Of a stretch of 55,636 nucleotides of DNA, positions 1 to 11,305 are shown piece by piece. Made by a program: the position numbers and the translations under genes. Below the pieces are notes generated by a model, which made no database searches, had not been told where the DNA came from, and was given only the letters and a program-made list of their open reading frames with translations. Source of the stretch: Chiloscyllium plagiosum (lineage: Eukaryota); the NCBI RefSeq assembly GCF_004010195.1, contig NC_057753.1, positions 14,514,191 to 14,569,826 of the forward strand. The letters are read 5' to 3'. How positions within the stretch are numbered: position 1 is the first letter of the stretch; every line of letters starts with the position of its first letter.

Positions 1-175
1 TACATGCTTGGTGCCTGCATTTCATTCTCCCAACAACTGCTAGAAACAGTTGGATGGCAGTTTCATGCGTGGCAAGTTTGGTTTCCTCTCGGTGTCTATC
101 TAAGCTCCTGAAAGCACATAGTAACTTCCCAAGACTCGGCAAAGGGCCCAATAAATCAACTTACGGTCTCAAGGC

Positions 176-214
176 AGTTCTTGTAAGGGGAAGATACTGT
201 TTATCATCACTGTG
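176..214 (-). other. 23-RSS of V1
   Basis: Minus strand reads CACAGTG, 23 nt spacer, ACAAGAACT. Confidence 0.93.
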
Positions 215-665
215 CCCCTGATAGCACAGTAATACATGGCTGTGTCAGTCAGCTCTAGTCTGATGATCGTCAGACTGATGGATGTTCTCCAGGTCTGAAG
301 CCCTGCAGAGAAGCGACTTTGAGCAAAATCTGCTTTATCCGTACCACCACCATTAGTTTTCAAGAGTATGTATTCGGGCCGTGAGCCTGGGTGCTGTCGG
401 TACCAGTATAATGTATAGCTGGTCCATGACGTGTCATAGGTACAGCTTAGAGACGCCACACTTCCATCTTTCTGAACAACTGAGGAGTGTGACTGAGTGA
501 CAGAATCTCCAAGACTCAGCTCTGAAAGGGAACATAGACATCATATGTAAAGTGTCACGCTGGGCTGCTTACATTATGATTTGTTGAAGAAATTTGAATT
601 GCACTTCCTCCACACTTACCTGTTAGAATTGCTCCGCACACAACCCAGATGCTGAGTAGCTGCAT
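215..665 (-). CDS. TCR alpha/delta V gene segment 1 (leader exon 620-665, V exon 215-521), apparently functional, inverted relative to D-J-C
   Basis: Leader MQLLSIWVVCGAILT with a phase-1 GTAAG donor. CAG acceptor, then V exon LSLGDSVTQSHSS...LSCTYDT...LYWYRQ...RFS...LELTDTAMYYCAIRG, with canonical Cys/Trp/Cys and no stops. Confidence 0.95.
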
Positions 666-714
666 TATCGACTTCCCCTGTGTGTCAGGGCATTCAGATA
701 CTTGAAGACACCCA

Positions 715-755
715 TTCCATAAACCCCGCCCCCTCAGTAAACTGCTGACGTGTCT
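715..755 (-). promoter_or_regulatory. V1 proximal promoter: GC box and CRE-like motif
   Basis: CCCCGCCCC and TGACGTGT lie about 60-90 nt upstream of the ATG. The block is conserved upstream of V2 (about 2985-3015). Confidence 0.45.
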
Positions 756-1526
756 CTGGATGTCCTCACCTCACCGCCATGTGTGGGCAGTGATGCACAG
801 AGAGTAGGAGGAAGAGTGCAGACTCTTTGATTTGTCACATCCAGAGCCGGGATGCAGTCACTGCACTTAAAATGGAGAACTGAGATTTCAGATAGATTGA
901 CCTCAATCCACGATAATCAATTCCCCAGATCCATCGTATATTTTTCTTGGAATTATCTCTTCGTTTTCCGTCCAATTTCTTCAATTGACCCCATTTCCTG
1001 CTCTTTGCCATTAAAGGCGTCCCCTAAATTTGCCTACATGACTCTGAGATTTCCGCCACTTCACGTAATCCATAAATTGTCACCACTCAATTCCACTCAC
1101 AGTATTCCATCACTCAACTCAATCGCAACCTCTGATATCACTTTCACCAGATTCTCCTTTATTCTGTTCCTCTATTGGTGTTTCCCTGGCCTCGGGCTCA
1201 AAATTATCTTTCTCTCTCTGTTCGTTCTTTTCAACAGTCGCCACTGAGCTCAGTCTTCCCTTCCTCCCAGCATTTTCTGACTCACTGAACACAGAGTCCT
1301 CATAAAACAGGATCCATTACACGTCTGACTGATAATACAGAAGCTATCTTCGGTGCCAGCACCCTGGGAGATGGATGGATAGGGAGAGAGACAGACAGAG
1401 AAAGAGAGAGGGGGAAATGTTCAAATCCTCTCTTCGTTGGTAGTCACCTTGTGTTGATTTGATACAGTGTCCTCCTCTTCTTGAGACCTGAAACTACCAC
1501 ACTTGCGCAGAGCAAAAATATCCGGG

Positions 1527-1772
1527 AAATCAGTCAAAGGAAGAGGAACGGCAGCCACCTAAATTCAATATGACAGCAGCATCAACACACACACAGGTTA
1601 AATGTGGAAATTAGACATGGCGTGTCTGAAGAGTATATAGGGGTCAGTGTGGTGAAAACAGACGTGGTCAGTGCGTGTATTACAGATTCACGTTATTAAA
1701 CCCTCTCAGGTTCTTTTATGTTATGTCATATTGAATTTAGGTGGCTGCCGTTCCTCTTCCTTTGACTGATTT
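1527..1772. repeat. Perfect 49-bp inverted repeat (1527-1575 / 1724-1772)
   Basis: AAATCAGTCAAAGGAAGAGGAACGGCAGCCACCTAAATTCAATATGACA is present together with its exact reverse complement. Confidence 0.9.
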
Positions 1773-2435
1773 TATGTTATATTTCACAGCTGACTCTTGC
1801 AAATTCTAGAGTAGACAAGCCCAGATTATCTCGCCTTTCTATGTCTACCTCACATTTAGGCATGTTTAGCTCACGTTTCCGTGTCTGTTCTGTCAGGCTG
1901 ACATCTCACACCTTTGGATTATGTGGGACTTCAATGTCTGCCTCCTGACTCAGGTAGGGACGCTACCACAACGTCACAAGAACCCTCCATGCTGCTCGCT
2001 TCTACACTGATGAATAATTCTGATGTGGATGAACACAATCTATTTTTGCTCACGTTCAATTCTCTGCAGACGTCCAGACCTGGAGTAACACAAATTAATG
2101 TTGTTGCACGTTCATTGGGTCCTAATGTGAATGGTCAGACACATGAGGGTCCAGAATTGGAGATGAATGCCTGTTTATTAATTGTCACGAGCAAATCAAG
2201 ACATTACGCTCGTTTTCCAGCATTGGGAACACAGCTGATGTGCAACACAAAACGCTGACGTGATTCCGTTCTGCGTCTTTGTGCATGTCCTGACACAGTA
2301 AAACAGCTGAGTGACAGTTTGATGCGAGGTTATTTTGGTTTCCTCTCAGTGTGTGTTTAATCTCCTGAAAGCACAAGTAACCTCCAGAGATTCTGCGAAT
2401 GCCCAAGTAGATACATCAACCTATGGTCCAAAGGT

Positions 2436-2473
2436 AGTTTTTGTACGGGGCAAAACTGTTTATCGTCACTGTG
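2436..2473 (-). other. RSS of V2 (22-nt spacer)
   Basis: Minus strand reads CACAGTG, 22 nt spacer, ACAAAAACT. Confidence 0.9.
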
Positions 2474-2928
2474 TGGTTCCGGAGAGCACAATAATATATT
2501 GCAGCGTCAGTCAGTTCTAGCTCAGTGATTGTCAAATTGATGAATTTGTTCGAGGTCTGAAGTTCTGCAAAGAAACGACTTTTCGCAAAATCTGCTTTAT
2601 CCTCACTGCCAGTAATATATTTTGACACTATGTACTCCGGCTGAGTGTCTAGGTACTGTCGGTACCAGTATAATGTGTAGTAGCTCGATGTGGTATCATA
2701 GGTACAGTTTAGAATCACCGCCTCTCCTTCCCTCTGGACATCTGAGGAGAATAATTGGGTGACTGAATCTCCATGACTCAGGTCTGAAAGGGAAAAGAGT
2801 CATCAATGTTTAAGCGTCAGTCTGTGCTCAGTTAAACTATGATTTCAAAAATGCATATAAATTGGTTTTCTTCGACATTCACCTGCCATAATTGTTCCCC
2901 ATGCCATCCAGATGCTGAGTAGCCGCAT
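2474..2928 (-). CDS. TCR alpha/delta V gene segment 2 (leader 2883-2928, V exon 2474-2783), apparently functional, same family as V1
   Basis: Leader MRLLSIWMAWGTIMA with a GT donor. V exon LSHGDSVTQLFSS...LNCTYDT...LYWYRQ...LELTDAAIYYCALRN, open frame. Confidence 0.95.
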
Positions 2929-3918
2929 TGTCGCTGTCCTCTGTGTGACAGGGAGCTCCGAGATTTGAAGACACCTATTCCAATACCCCGCCCCTCAGTA
3001 AACCGCTGATGTGTTTCTGGAGGTTCCAACTTTCCTGCCTTGTGGGGGCGGTAATGCTGTATGTGGTGAAGCAAGAGAGCAGACTCTCAGTGAATTGACA
3101 TTGCAACACATCCAGAGCTGTGGTGTAGTGACTGCACTTAAATGGAACACTGAGAACTTAGACAATTTGCCTCCATCCCCAGATTTACTGCGTCCTTTAT
3201 CCTCAAGACTCTGCTCCTCTTTTTTTGCCCAACTTCCTGAACTGACAACTTGCTTTTTGTTTTTAAGCCAATCAATGTGGCCGCCAAATTGCCCACATGG
3301 CCCCCAAGATTTCCAATCAGCCGATGGCCCTTGCAGCCCCACAAACTGCCACCTCTCAAATTACGGTCCCACTTTCCACATCATTGGACTCAATCTTAAC
3401 CATATCCGACAGTATCTCTGATGTCACCAGATTCTCCTTTATTATGGTCCTCAATTGCTGTTTGTCTCCAGGCTCAAGATTATTACATTCTCCGTCCGTT
3501 AGTTCATCTCAGCATTCTTCACTGAGCTCAGTCTCACCTTCTTTCCTCCCCTCTATGGGTGTCTTCCTCCCTTGCTGAACACAGAGGCCTCACAGAATAG
3601 AACCTACTGCACATCTGAATAATGTTAGAGGAGCTATCTTCGGCTCCAAATACCTGTTTGTTTGTACGTGTATGTGCATACACGCGCTTGTGTGGCTGTG
3701 CATGAGTCCAAGTGTCAGCACTTCACTGGAAGCAATGGGAGATAATTGTCAAGACTTTAACTGAATTCAAAAGTGTCAAAGCCTCTCCGTGTTGTAATTC
3801 AATCTGTGTTGAAAGCGATACAATGCCGGCCTCTATTGGTGACCTGAAGTTATTACAACTGGTATCACAAAAATCGCCCAGGAATAAGTCAGAGGAAGCA
3901 CAGCAGCATTCAATCTGA

Positions 3919-4079
3919 NNNNNNNNNNNNNNNNNNNNNNNNNNNNNNNNNNNNNNNNNNNNNNNNNNNNNNNNNNNNNNNNNNNNNNNNNNNNNNNNNN
4001 NNNNNNNNNNNNNNNNNNNNNNNNNNNNNNNNNNNNNNNNNNNNNNNNNNNNNNNNNNNNNNNNNNNNNNNNNNNNNNN
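3919..4079. other. Assembly gap (N run)
   Basis: 161 consecutive N. Confidence 1.
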
Positions 4080-4619
4080 CGAATTGGGCAGTGTGAAAAT
4101 TATGGAAGGACCAGGGTGTGGATTTTAGAGATGGTCAGTGTGTTGAAAACAATTGAAGTCAGCGCACCGAAACAAGTTCACTAGGATTATATATGTTACA
4201 ATTCAATCATGTCTGTCTGTCTGTTGTAACCTCCAGAGGACACAAGCCCAGGATATCTAATAGTTCCATATCTGTCTCACACTTGAAAATATTTGGCATC
4301 GAGACTGTAATAAATACATCCACAGATTATTTTTCCTCTGAAAGAAGAAATGACTCCTCATCTCTAACTTCAATGAGTGACTTCTTATATTGAGATTACG
4401 CTGTCTGATGTTAGATTTTCCAATAGGTGAAAACAACTTTTCTAGTCCGTCCTATTTAATTTTATTTACATACCTCGACAGTATAGGTGAATTGAACATG
4501 TGCTGCCGCACTCAAAGGCAGGGGCATTACCGCAATGCAAAAAGACCACTCACGCTGGTTGGTTACATACTGGCAATATTCTGAAGTTGAGGAACATAAA
4601 GTATGTTTGCTCAAGTTCA

Positions 4620-4830
4620 TTTCTCTGCAGACTGGAATAAACTCAGAAGTCACACAACATCAGGTTATGGTCCAAAAGGTTTAATTGCAATCACGTTGCT
4701 TTCAGAGCAGTGTTTTTTCATCAGATTAAGTTATTGGGATTTCAAACAGACCTGTTGGGAAAATAACCTGGTGTCATGTGAGTTCTGACTTTGTCCATCA
4801 AGACCAACACTGGCAACACCAAATCATAGC
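4620..4830. mobile_element. Short Penelope-like element fragment with inverted halves
   Basis: TCACACAACATCAGGTTATGGTCCAAAAGG is inverted against ...CCTGTTGG...AACCTGGTGTCATGTGAG. It carries a degenerate TTCATCAG core and belongs to the same family as 54040-54230. Confidence 0.55.
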
Positions 4831-5139
4831 CCTAGAATAGCACGAACTAATTTTATGTTATGCTAGTGGCGTTCAAAATGAAATGATTCCACACTTGAAC
4901 CTCCAGCAGTGCAGTTGAATATCTGGTCTGTTAATTGTCAATAAAAATCAATAAATTATACACGTTTTCCAATGTTTGGAAACAGCTGAATTACAACCCG
5001 CCATTGTAGAGAATCTAACTTCGACTCTGCTTGAAAAATCATTTTCATTTCATTTTGAGAGCTGTCCTTGTGTGCAAACATGGACAGCTGAAACTCACAC
5101 TGAGTAAACACGTCCTTTTGATAAACTGTAGAACGTCAG

Positions 5140-7385
5140 GTTCCAAGCAATCGATTGTGGTCGGGGACTCTCGAGTCAGAGGCAAGACAAACGTTGCTGT
5201 GGCCGGAAGCAAGAAATCAGAATGGCGTGTTGCCTTCCTGGTGCCAGGATCAAGGATATCTTGGAGAGAGTGAAGAATAATCTCAAAGCGGAGAGGGACC
5301 AGCAGGAGGTCATTGTACACATTGCAACTAACGATATAGGAAGGGGAAAGGATGGGAATCTGAAGGGATAATATAGAAAGCTAGGCAGCAATTTGAAAAG
5401 GAGGTCCTCGGGGGTAGCAATCTCTGGCGCGATGAGCTAGTGAAGGTAGAAATAGAATGATAGAGCAGATGAATACGTGGTTATGGAACTGGTGCAGGGG
5501 AGAAGGGCTCACAGTTTTGAATCATTGGAATCTCTTCTGGGGTTGGAGCGACCTGTATAAGAAGGACGTATGTTCCTGAATTGGAAGGGTCCAAATATAC
5601 TGGCAGGGGGATTTACTAAATCTGCTCAGATGGATTTAAACTAGTAAGGTGGAGGTGTTGGGGTGGGACCCAGCGAGATAGTGAGGAGAGAGAGCAGTCT
5701 GACACTGGTACAGTTGGGAAAAGGAGCAAGTCAAAAAGTCAGGAACTAAACAGAACGAGCTAGGACTGATTAATTAAACTGCGATTATTTAATGCAAGAG
5801 GCCTCACAGCGAAGGCAGATGAGCTCAGAGTATGGTCAGGAACATGAAAGACATGGAAGATACAGAATATGGGGAAATAGACAGTGACATCTTGAAAATG
5901 CCCATATTACAGAGGAGGAGGAGGTGCTGGATGTCTTAAAATGCATAGAGGAATATAAATCCACAGTACCTGATCAACTGTAACCTAGAATCTGTGGGAA
6001 GCTCGGGAAGTGATTGCTCGTCCCCTTGCTGAGCTATTGATGTCATCAATAGTCGCCAGAAGACTGGAGGTTGGCTAAAACGGGACCACTTTTTAAGAAA
6101 GGTGGTAAGGAAAATCCAGGAAACTCGACACCAGTGAGACTGACATTGGTGGTGGGAAAGTTGTTGGAGGGAATCCCGAAGGATAGGATTTACATGTATT
6201 TGGAAAGGCGAGGACTGATTAGGGATAGTCAACTTGGCTTGGAGTATGGGAAATCATGTCTCACTAACGATTGAGTTTTTTGAAAAAGCAATGATGAACA
6301 TTGATGAGGGCAGAGTGATGGACTTATCTATATGGACGACAGAAGGCGTTCAACCAGGTTTCTGGTGGTAGACTGGTTACCAAGGTGAGGAAACATGGGA
6401 CACATGGAGAACTAGCCATTCGGATATAGAACTGGTTCGAAAGTTGAAGACAGAGGAAGGTGGTGGTGGGTTCCTTTTCAGACTGAAGACCTGTGACCAA
6501 CGGTGTGCCACACGGATCGGTTCTGGGTCCTGTGTTTATTGTCATTTGTATAAAAGATTTGGATGTGAACATTAGAGGTATCGTTAGTAAGTTTGCAGTT
6601 GATACCAAAATTGGAGGTGTAGCAGACAGCGAAGAAGATAACCTCAGAGTACAATGGGGCCTTGGTCAGATGTGCGAATGAGCTGAGGAGTGGCAGATTG
6701 AATTTAGTTTAGATACATTTGAGGTGCTGCATTTTGGAAAGACAAATCAGAACAGTAATTATACACTAAGTGGTTCTGGGAAATGATGCTGAACAAAGAG
6801 ATCTTGGAGTGCAGGTTCATAGTTCTTTGAAAATGGAGTCACAGGTAGATAGGATAGTGAAGACGGCGTTTGGTATGCTTTCCTTTATTGGTCAGAGCAT
6901 CGAGTATAAGAGTTGGCAGGTCATGCTGTGGCTGTACAGGGCATTGGTTAGGCTAAAGGAATGTTGGAATATTGTGTATAATTCTAGTCTCCCTCTTATC
7001 AGAAGGATGCTGTGAAACTTGAAATGATTCAGAAAAAGATTTACAAGGATTTTGCCAGTGTTGGGAGGGGTTGAGCTATAGGGAGTGACTGAATAGGCTA
7101 GAGCTGTTTCTGTGGCGTCCGATGCTGAGGGGTGATCTTACAGAGGTTTATAAAATCATCAGAGGCATGGACATGGTAAATACACAAGGTATTTTCACTG
7201 GGTTAGTAGAGTCCAGGACTAGAGAGCAGAGCTTTATGGTGAGAAGGGAAAGATTTAAAAGGAGCCTGATCGCCAAGAGCTGGTAAAGAGGACGAGATTA
7301 GTTTAGACTATCTGATCAGCAAGGAGGAGTTGGATCAAAGTGTCTGTTTCCATGCTGTACATCTCGATGACTCTGTGATTCTATG
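5140..7385 (+). mobile_element. Decayed CR1-clade LINE (ORF1 esterase remnant, internally deleted ORF2, RT, 3' tail)
   Basis: ORF1 VVGDSRVRG and VHIATND motifs. RT motifs PLFKKG, RDSQLG, GVPHGSVLGP, SKFAVDTK, RDLGVQV. Many stops and frameshifts. Confidence 0.9.
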
Positions 7386-7945
7386 TTGTTGTGCTGAAAA
7401 AGCTTGACCTACCTCTTATGCAGTAATAAATATCTGCCGGCAGAGGGAGGCATCGCATTGCATAGATGGGAAGGGAATGAAGCATGGAAACAGATTGAGA
7501 TTTTTTTTAACCATTTCATTAATTCTCATCCCCCAGTCGAAAATAGCGACAGTCAGCTGCTTCTGAGGTGACGTTAGACCTGTGAGACGATGCTCGACTT
7601 GAACGTCTCTAATTTATTCAGCATGTTCATCATCAGTCATTGAGACAGTCAGAATACTACACAGCAAAACACATTGCCATACACACGAAATGACCTCAAA
7701 ACAAATACACACAACAAACATTTTAAATACACAAACATGCACGCACGCACATACACATACACACTCATTCTCATTAACATCGGCGAGCACAGATGGAAAC
7801 GTTTGGAGACCCAGGTCATTGTTTTTTTGTGTGTGTGGGGGTGGAAGTTATCATGTGGGTGGATGTATATCATCAGCACTTCCTAGTCTGATCTATAAAC
7901 AAGAGAGCTGCCATTCATTTCAGTGCTGCACTTCGAACATAGGAC

Positions 7946-9038
7946 ATGAAAACGGAGGGGCGATTAATGTTGATCATCCTCAGGCTGAATGCAATCATCC
8001 CAGGTGAGTTGCACTTTAGATTCTCACCATAATCATCATGCGATCTTTTTCACGTCACCGTTTTGAGACAGCATTATGACTCGACTTGTTAAAGCTGCCC
8101 TTTATTATTGAGTGCTGGAGGTAAGCACAAAAAAAGGCAGCACCTTCCAAACCAACGACCATATCCTACTCGAAGGACAGGGCAGCTGATACATGGAACG
8201 CCATTAGTGGCAAGTAGCCCTCTAAGTCACTCACCACCCTGACCCTATGGTGTCACTGGGTCAATATCCTGCACTCCTCTCTCTAACGGCTCCCTGGGCC
8301 TACCTCCATAACAAGTGCTATAGCTGTTTTAAAAGGCAGCTCACCATCTTTTCCATGGGTATTGGGGGTAGTAAACAAACGCTATGCCAGCCAGCAACGC
8401 ACACAACTCTTCAGGCATCCAATCACCCAGTAGCTAATAGCATATTGGGGCATCAGGTCGAGACATTTCCTCAGAGTGAATGTTGAGAAGCAAAGACTCT
8501 GACATAAGGACGGATAACGTGAATGCTGTAAATGTCTCTTTTTTAAAAAACTACCAGACTGTGAAACACAGGGATGGGAAGAGAAAAGACTTTATTTAAA
8601 ATAGTTTGAGAAGAAACAGGGAATGTGAGTATATACCCATTGGAATAAATGACCAGTTTCCTGTTGGGAAATGCAATGCGTTTCCAGGAGACTTGATGCT
8701 TGCACTGTTATCGCCTCTCATCATTTCTCCCATGGAGATTGATTCTATGTTACAGAGCTCCTGGCCAATGAGCAGATCGCACAGTCTCCCCTGGCACTGG
8801 AAGCTGTGGAAGGCTCCACAGTGACAATGCACTGCAGCACCAATGCTTTGCTCAGCTTCGTGAAGTGGTATCAATGGCGGGGTGGACGGGATCTGAAACT
8901 TCTAATCGTCGCCTCGGGCAGCCTGGTCACAGCTGGGAAGGTTCAGGCCACTCTTGACCGGGAACAGAAACGCAGCACCTTGACCATCAGCGACATCGGG
9001 AGGGATGATGCTGCCATCTACCTCTGCGGGGTGATCAC
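7946..9038 (+). CDS. Divergent TCR V gene segment 3 (V exon 8756-9038; best leader candidate 7946-8003), same orientation as D-J-C
   Basis: TTACAG acceptor, then LLANEQIAQSPLALEAVEGSTVTMHCSTNALLSFVKWYQW...ATLDREQKRSTLTISDIGRDDAAIYLCGVI. A phase-1 leader MKTEGRLMLIILRLNAIIP/GTGAGT lies downstream of TATAAA (7894-7899). The leader assignment is less certain than the V exon. Confidence 0.85.
8125..8430 (+). mobile_element. Old LINE 3' fragment in the V3 intron
   Basis: Similar to the reverse complement of the 31085-31375 and 36195-36560 repeat (GGCAGCTCACCA...CTT, GATACATGGAAC). Confidence 0.6.
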
Positions 9039-9077
9039 CACCGTGATGCAATCCCATGAGCATGCAGTACAGAAACC
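9039..9077 (+). other. 23-RSS of V3
   Basis: CACCGTG, 23 nt spacer, ACAGAAACC. Confidence 0.88.
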
Positions 9078-9187
9078 CCAGGGAGAGAAGAGCTATATCG
9101 ACAGCCTCACCAGCTCAAGGTTGCGGAGTAGCAGCGATAACTGATTGAAAATGAAACTTGTGGAGCTCCTGTGTGCAATCTGGAATA

Positions 9188-9809
9188 TGTGACGATGCTG
9201 TGGCTTTAAGGGGTTACTTTGTCCCGGTATCTTTTAACAAGACGAGTAGAGCTGGCTATTGAAGACCACTTAACTAAAAAGCTGAGGAGGCCTTGGCATT
9301 GTTTTATGGCCTCAATAGAATGTTGCCTGTTCTTACAGGTCAGGATTTCTGGGGTTTGGATTTTCCAGTAGCATCAGAAGCTGTTGGGGTCTCAGCAGAG
9401 TTGAAAACTTCAGTAGATGTCTCCTAACTGCTCCTCTCCGAATTTTCTCCTGACGACTTTTTCCACTTGGATTGGAAAACCGCATGTGGTAATCTGTGTC
9501 TGAATTGGCCGTTTTGCCAAGGAGAACATGTACGCGATGTTACTACACTGGAACAGTTAATTAGTAACAGTCACTGTGTGCATTATTCTGTGAGTTTTCT
9601 TTTGGAGTCAATTCATTTAAAAATGCTTTTTTTTTGTTTTTATGGTAAGTAATGTTCAAATAAATTGCGTTTGCATCACATCGATTACTTTGACCGGTTA
9701 AATTGCACCTCCAACACAGCAGGCTATTTCTGCCTTTAAAATAATAAAAAGTTAGGTTCTAGACTACGTTCTTCAAATAATTTGAGTGGTTCTGAACTGA
9801 TCCATAACA
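9188..9809 (+). mobile_element. Probable solo LTR
   Basis: Begins TGTGACGAT and ends CCATAACA. Internal AATAAA. Flanked by GAATA/AAATA, an imperfect target duplication. Confidence 0.6.
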
Positions 9810-9989
9810 AAATATCACTGAAATCTTACTCGATGTGAATCTAGAGTGCATGCATTTTCTAAACAATCTTTATCAGACATGTTGCACAAACATCTAGACT
9901 AGGTGAGGCTAGAAACTATTTGTTCTAAGGGCGCGACAATGCCAGTGCACACAACTAACCCTAAGATTCTCAAGTGTAACTCACCTGGA

Positions 9990-10404
9990 TTGATTTTATT
10001 CAGGAGAAAGTGAGGACTGCAGATGCTGGAGATCAGAGTCAAAATGTGTGTCCCGGAAAAAGCACAGCAGGTCAGGCAACATCCGAGGAGCAAGAGAGTT
10101 GACGTTTCAGGCATAAGCCCTTCATCAGGAATTTCCGATGAGGAATGTTGGTCCTGATGGAGTATGTTGCTGAAAAAAAGAGACCTTGGAATACAGATTC
10201 ATAGTTCCTTGAAAGTAGAGTCGAAGGTAGATAGGGTAGTGAAAGGCCATTTGGTATGCTTTCCATTATTGGTCAGAGCATCAAGTGTAGGAGTTGGGAG
10301 GTTGGAATTCCTGATGAAGGGCTTATGCCTGAATTGTCGACTCTGCTGCTCCTCGGATGTTGCCTGGCCTGCTGTGCTTTACCAGCGGCACACTTGATTT
10401 TATT
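9990..10404. mobile_element. Inverted pair of Penelope-like termini enclosing a CR1 fragment
   Basis: About 10050-10135 is the reverse complement of about 10303-10393. The interior 10135-10300 is CR1 RT sequence (RDLGIQIHSSLK). TTGATTTTATT is a direct repeat at both edges. Confidence 0.7.
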
Positions 10405-10444
10405 ATATACAATGAGGATAATCAATTGTCAATAATCATAGAAA

Positions 10445-10980
10445 CACATACATCCTGATAGGACTGGGCAGGCTAGATGTGGGAAGAATGTTCCCGAATG
10501 TTGGGTAAGTCCAGAAGTAGGGGTCACAGTCTAAGAAGAAAGTGCAAGTTATTTAAGACCTCTATCCCTCTAATTCCTAATCATGTAAACCATACAGATG
10601 CCTTTTAAATATTGCAATTGAGCAAGCCTCCACCACTTCCTCTAGCAGCTCGTTCCACACATGTGACACTCTGCGCGAAAAAGTTGCCTCTTCGGTCCCT
10701 TTTAAATTTTTTCCCCTCTCATCCTAAACCTATGAATTCTAGTTCTGGACTCCCCCAACCCAGGCAAAAGACCTCATCTATTTACCTGATCTATGACCCT
10801 TATGATTTTGTAAACATATATGAGATCAGCATTCAATGGTCCAGGGAAAACAACGACAGACTACTCAGCTCTCCCGATAGCTCAAAGACTCCAAGCCTGG
10901 TAATATCCTAGCAAATCTTTTCTGAACCCTTTCAAATTTCACCAACATCCATCTTATAGGAGTGAAATCAGAATTGCACT
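10445..10980. mobile_element. CR1 LINE 3' fragments (short plus piece, then minus piece)
   Basis: Minus-strand translation KFERVQKRFARILPGL, plus typical CR1 3' end sequence. Confidence 0.75.
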
Positions 10981-11305
10981 CATCATGCAGTCCATGGATT
11001 GTAAGGAGAGTATATTTGATCAAGGTAAGCTTCAGGATCCGAGATTTGTTTTTGCACTCTTGGACCTGCATCACAGCGTTAATAAAGCTGATCTTTACTA
11101 TCCTGTCACACGCCTGTGCAGTGGTGTTTATCTACCAGCAGAGAGTGGCAGTATGTCACTTTAAACACAAAAGGGAAACGGAGAGGATTTGAGACTTTAT
11201 CATTCATTCATTCCCTGGAAGAAATATCTCGCACTCTATGGAGAGGTGGATATGCACACATATAGATATACATGGAGAGATTGCACAAACTTTTAATACA
11301 CACAG

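Larger units (their letters stand above)
1..5000. repeat. Tandem duplication of a 2.3-2.7 kb V cassette (about 1-2260 vs about 2260-5000)
   Basis: Flanks are colinear and similar, e.g. 50-170 vs 2310-2430, 850-1370 vs 3120-3650, 1600-2250 vs 4080-5000. Confidence 0.8.

Noticed and set aside
8756-9077. V3 as NAR-TCR, TAILV or IgH V
   Set aside because: No dedicated D or J beside it, no extra Cys, no IgH framework motifs, and candidate leaders are present.
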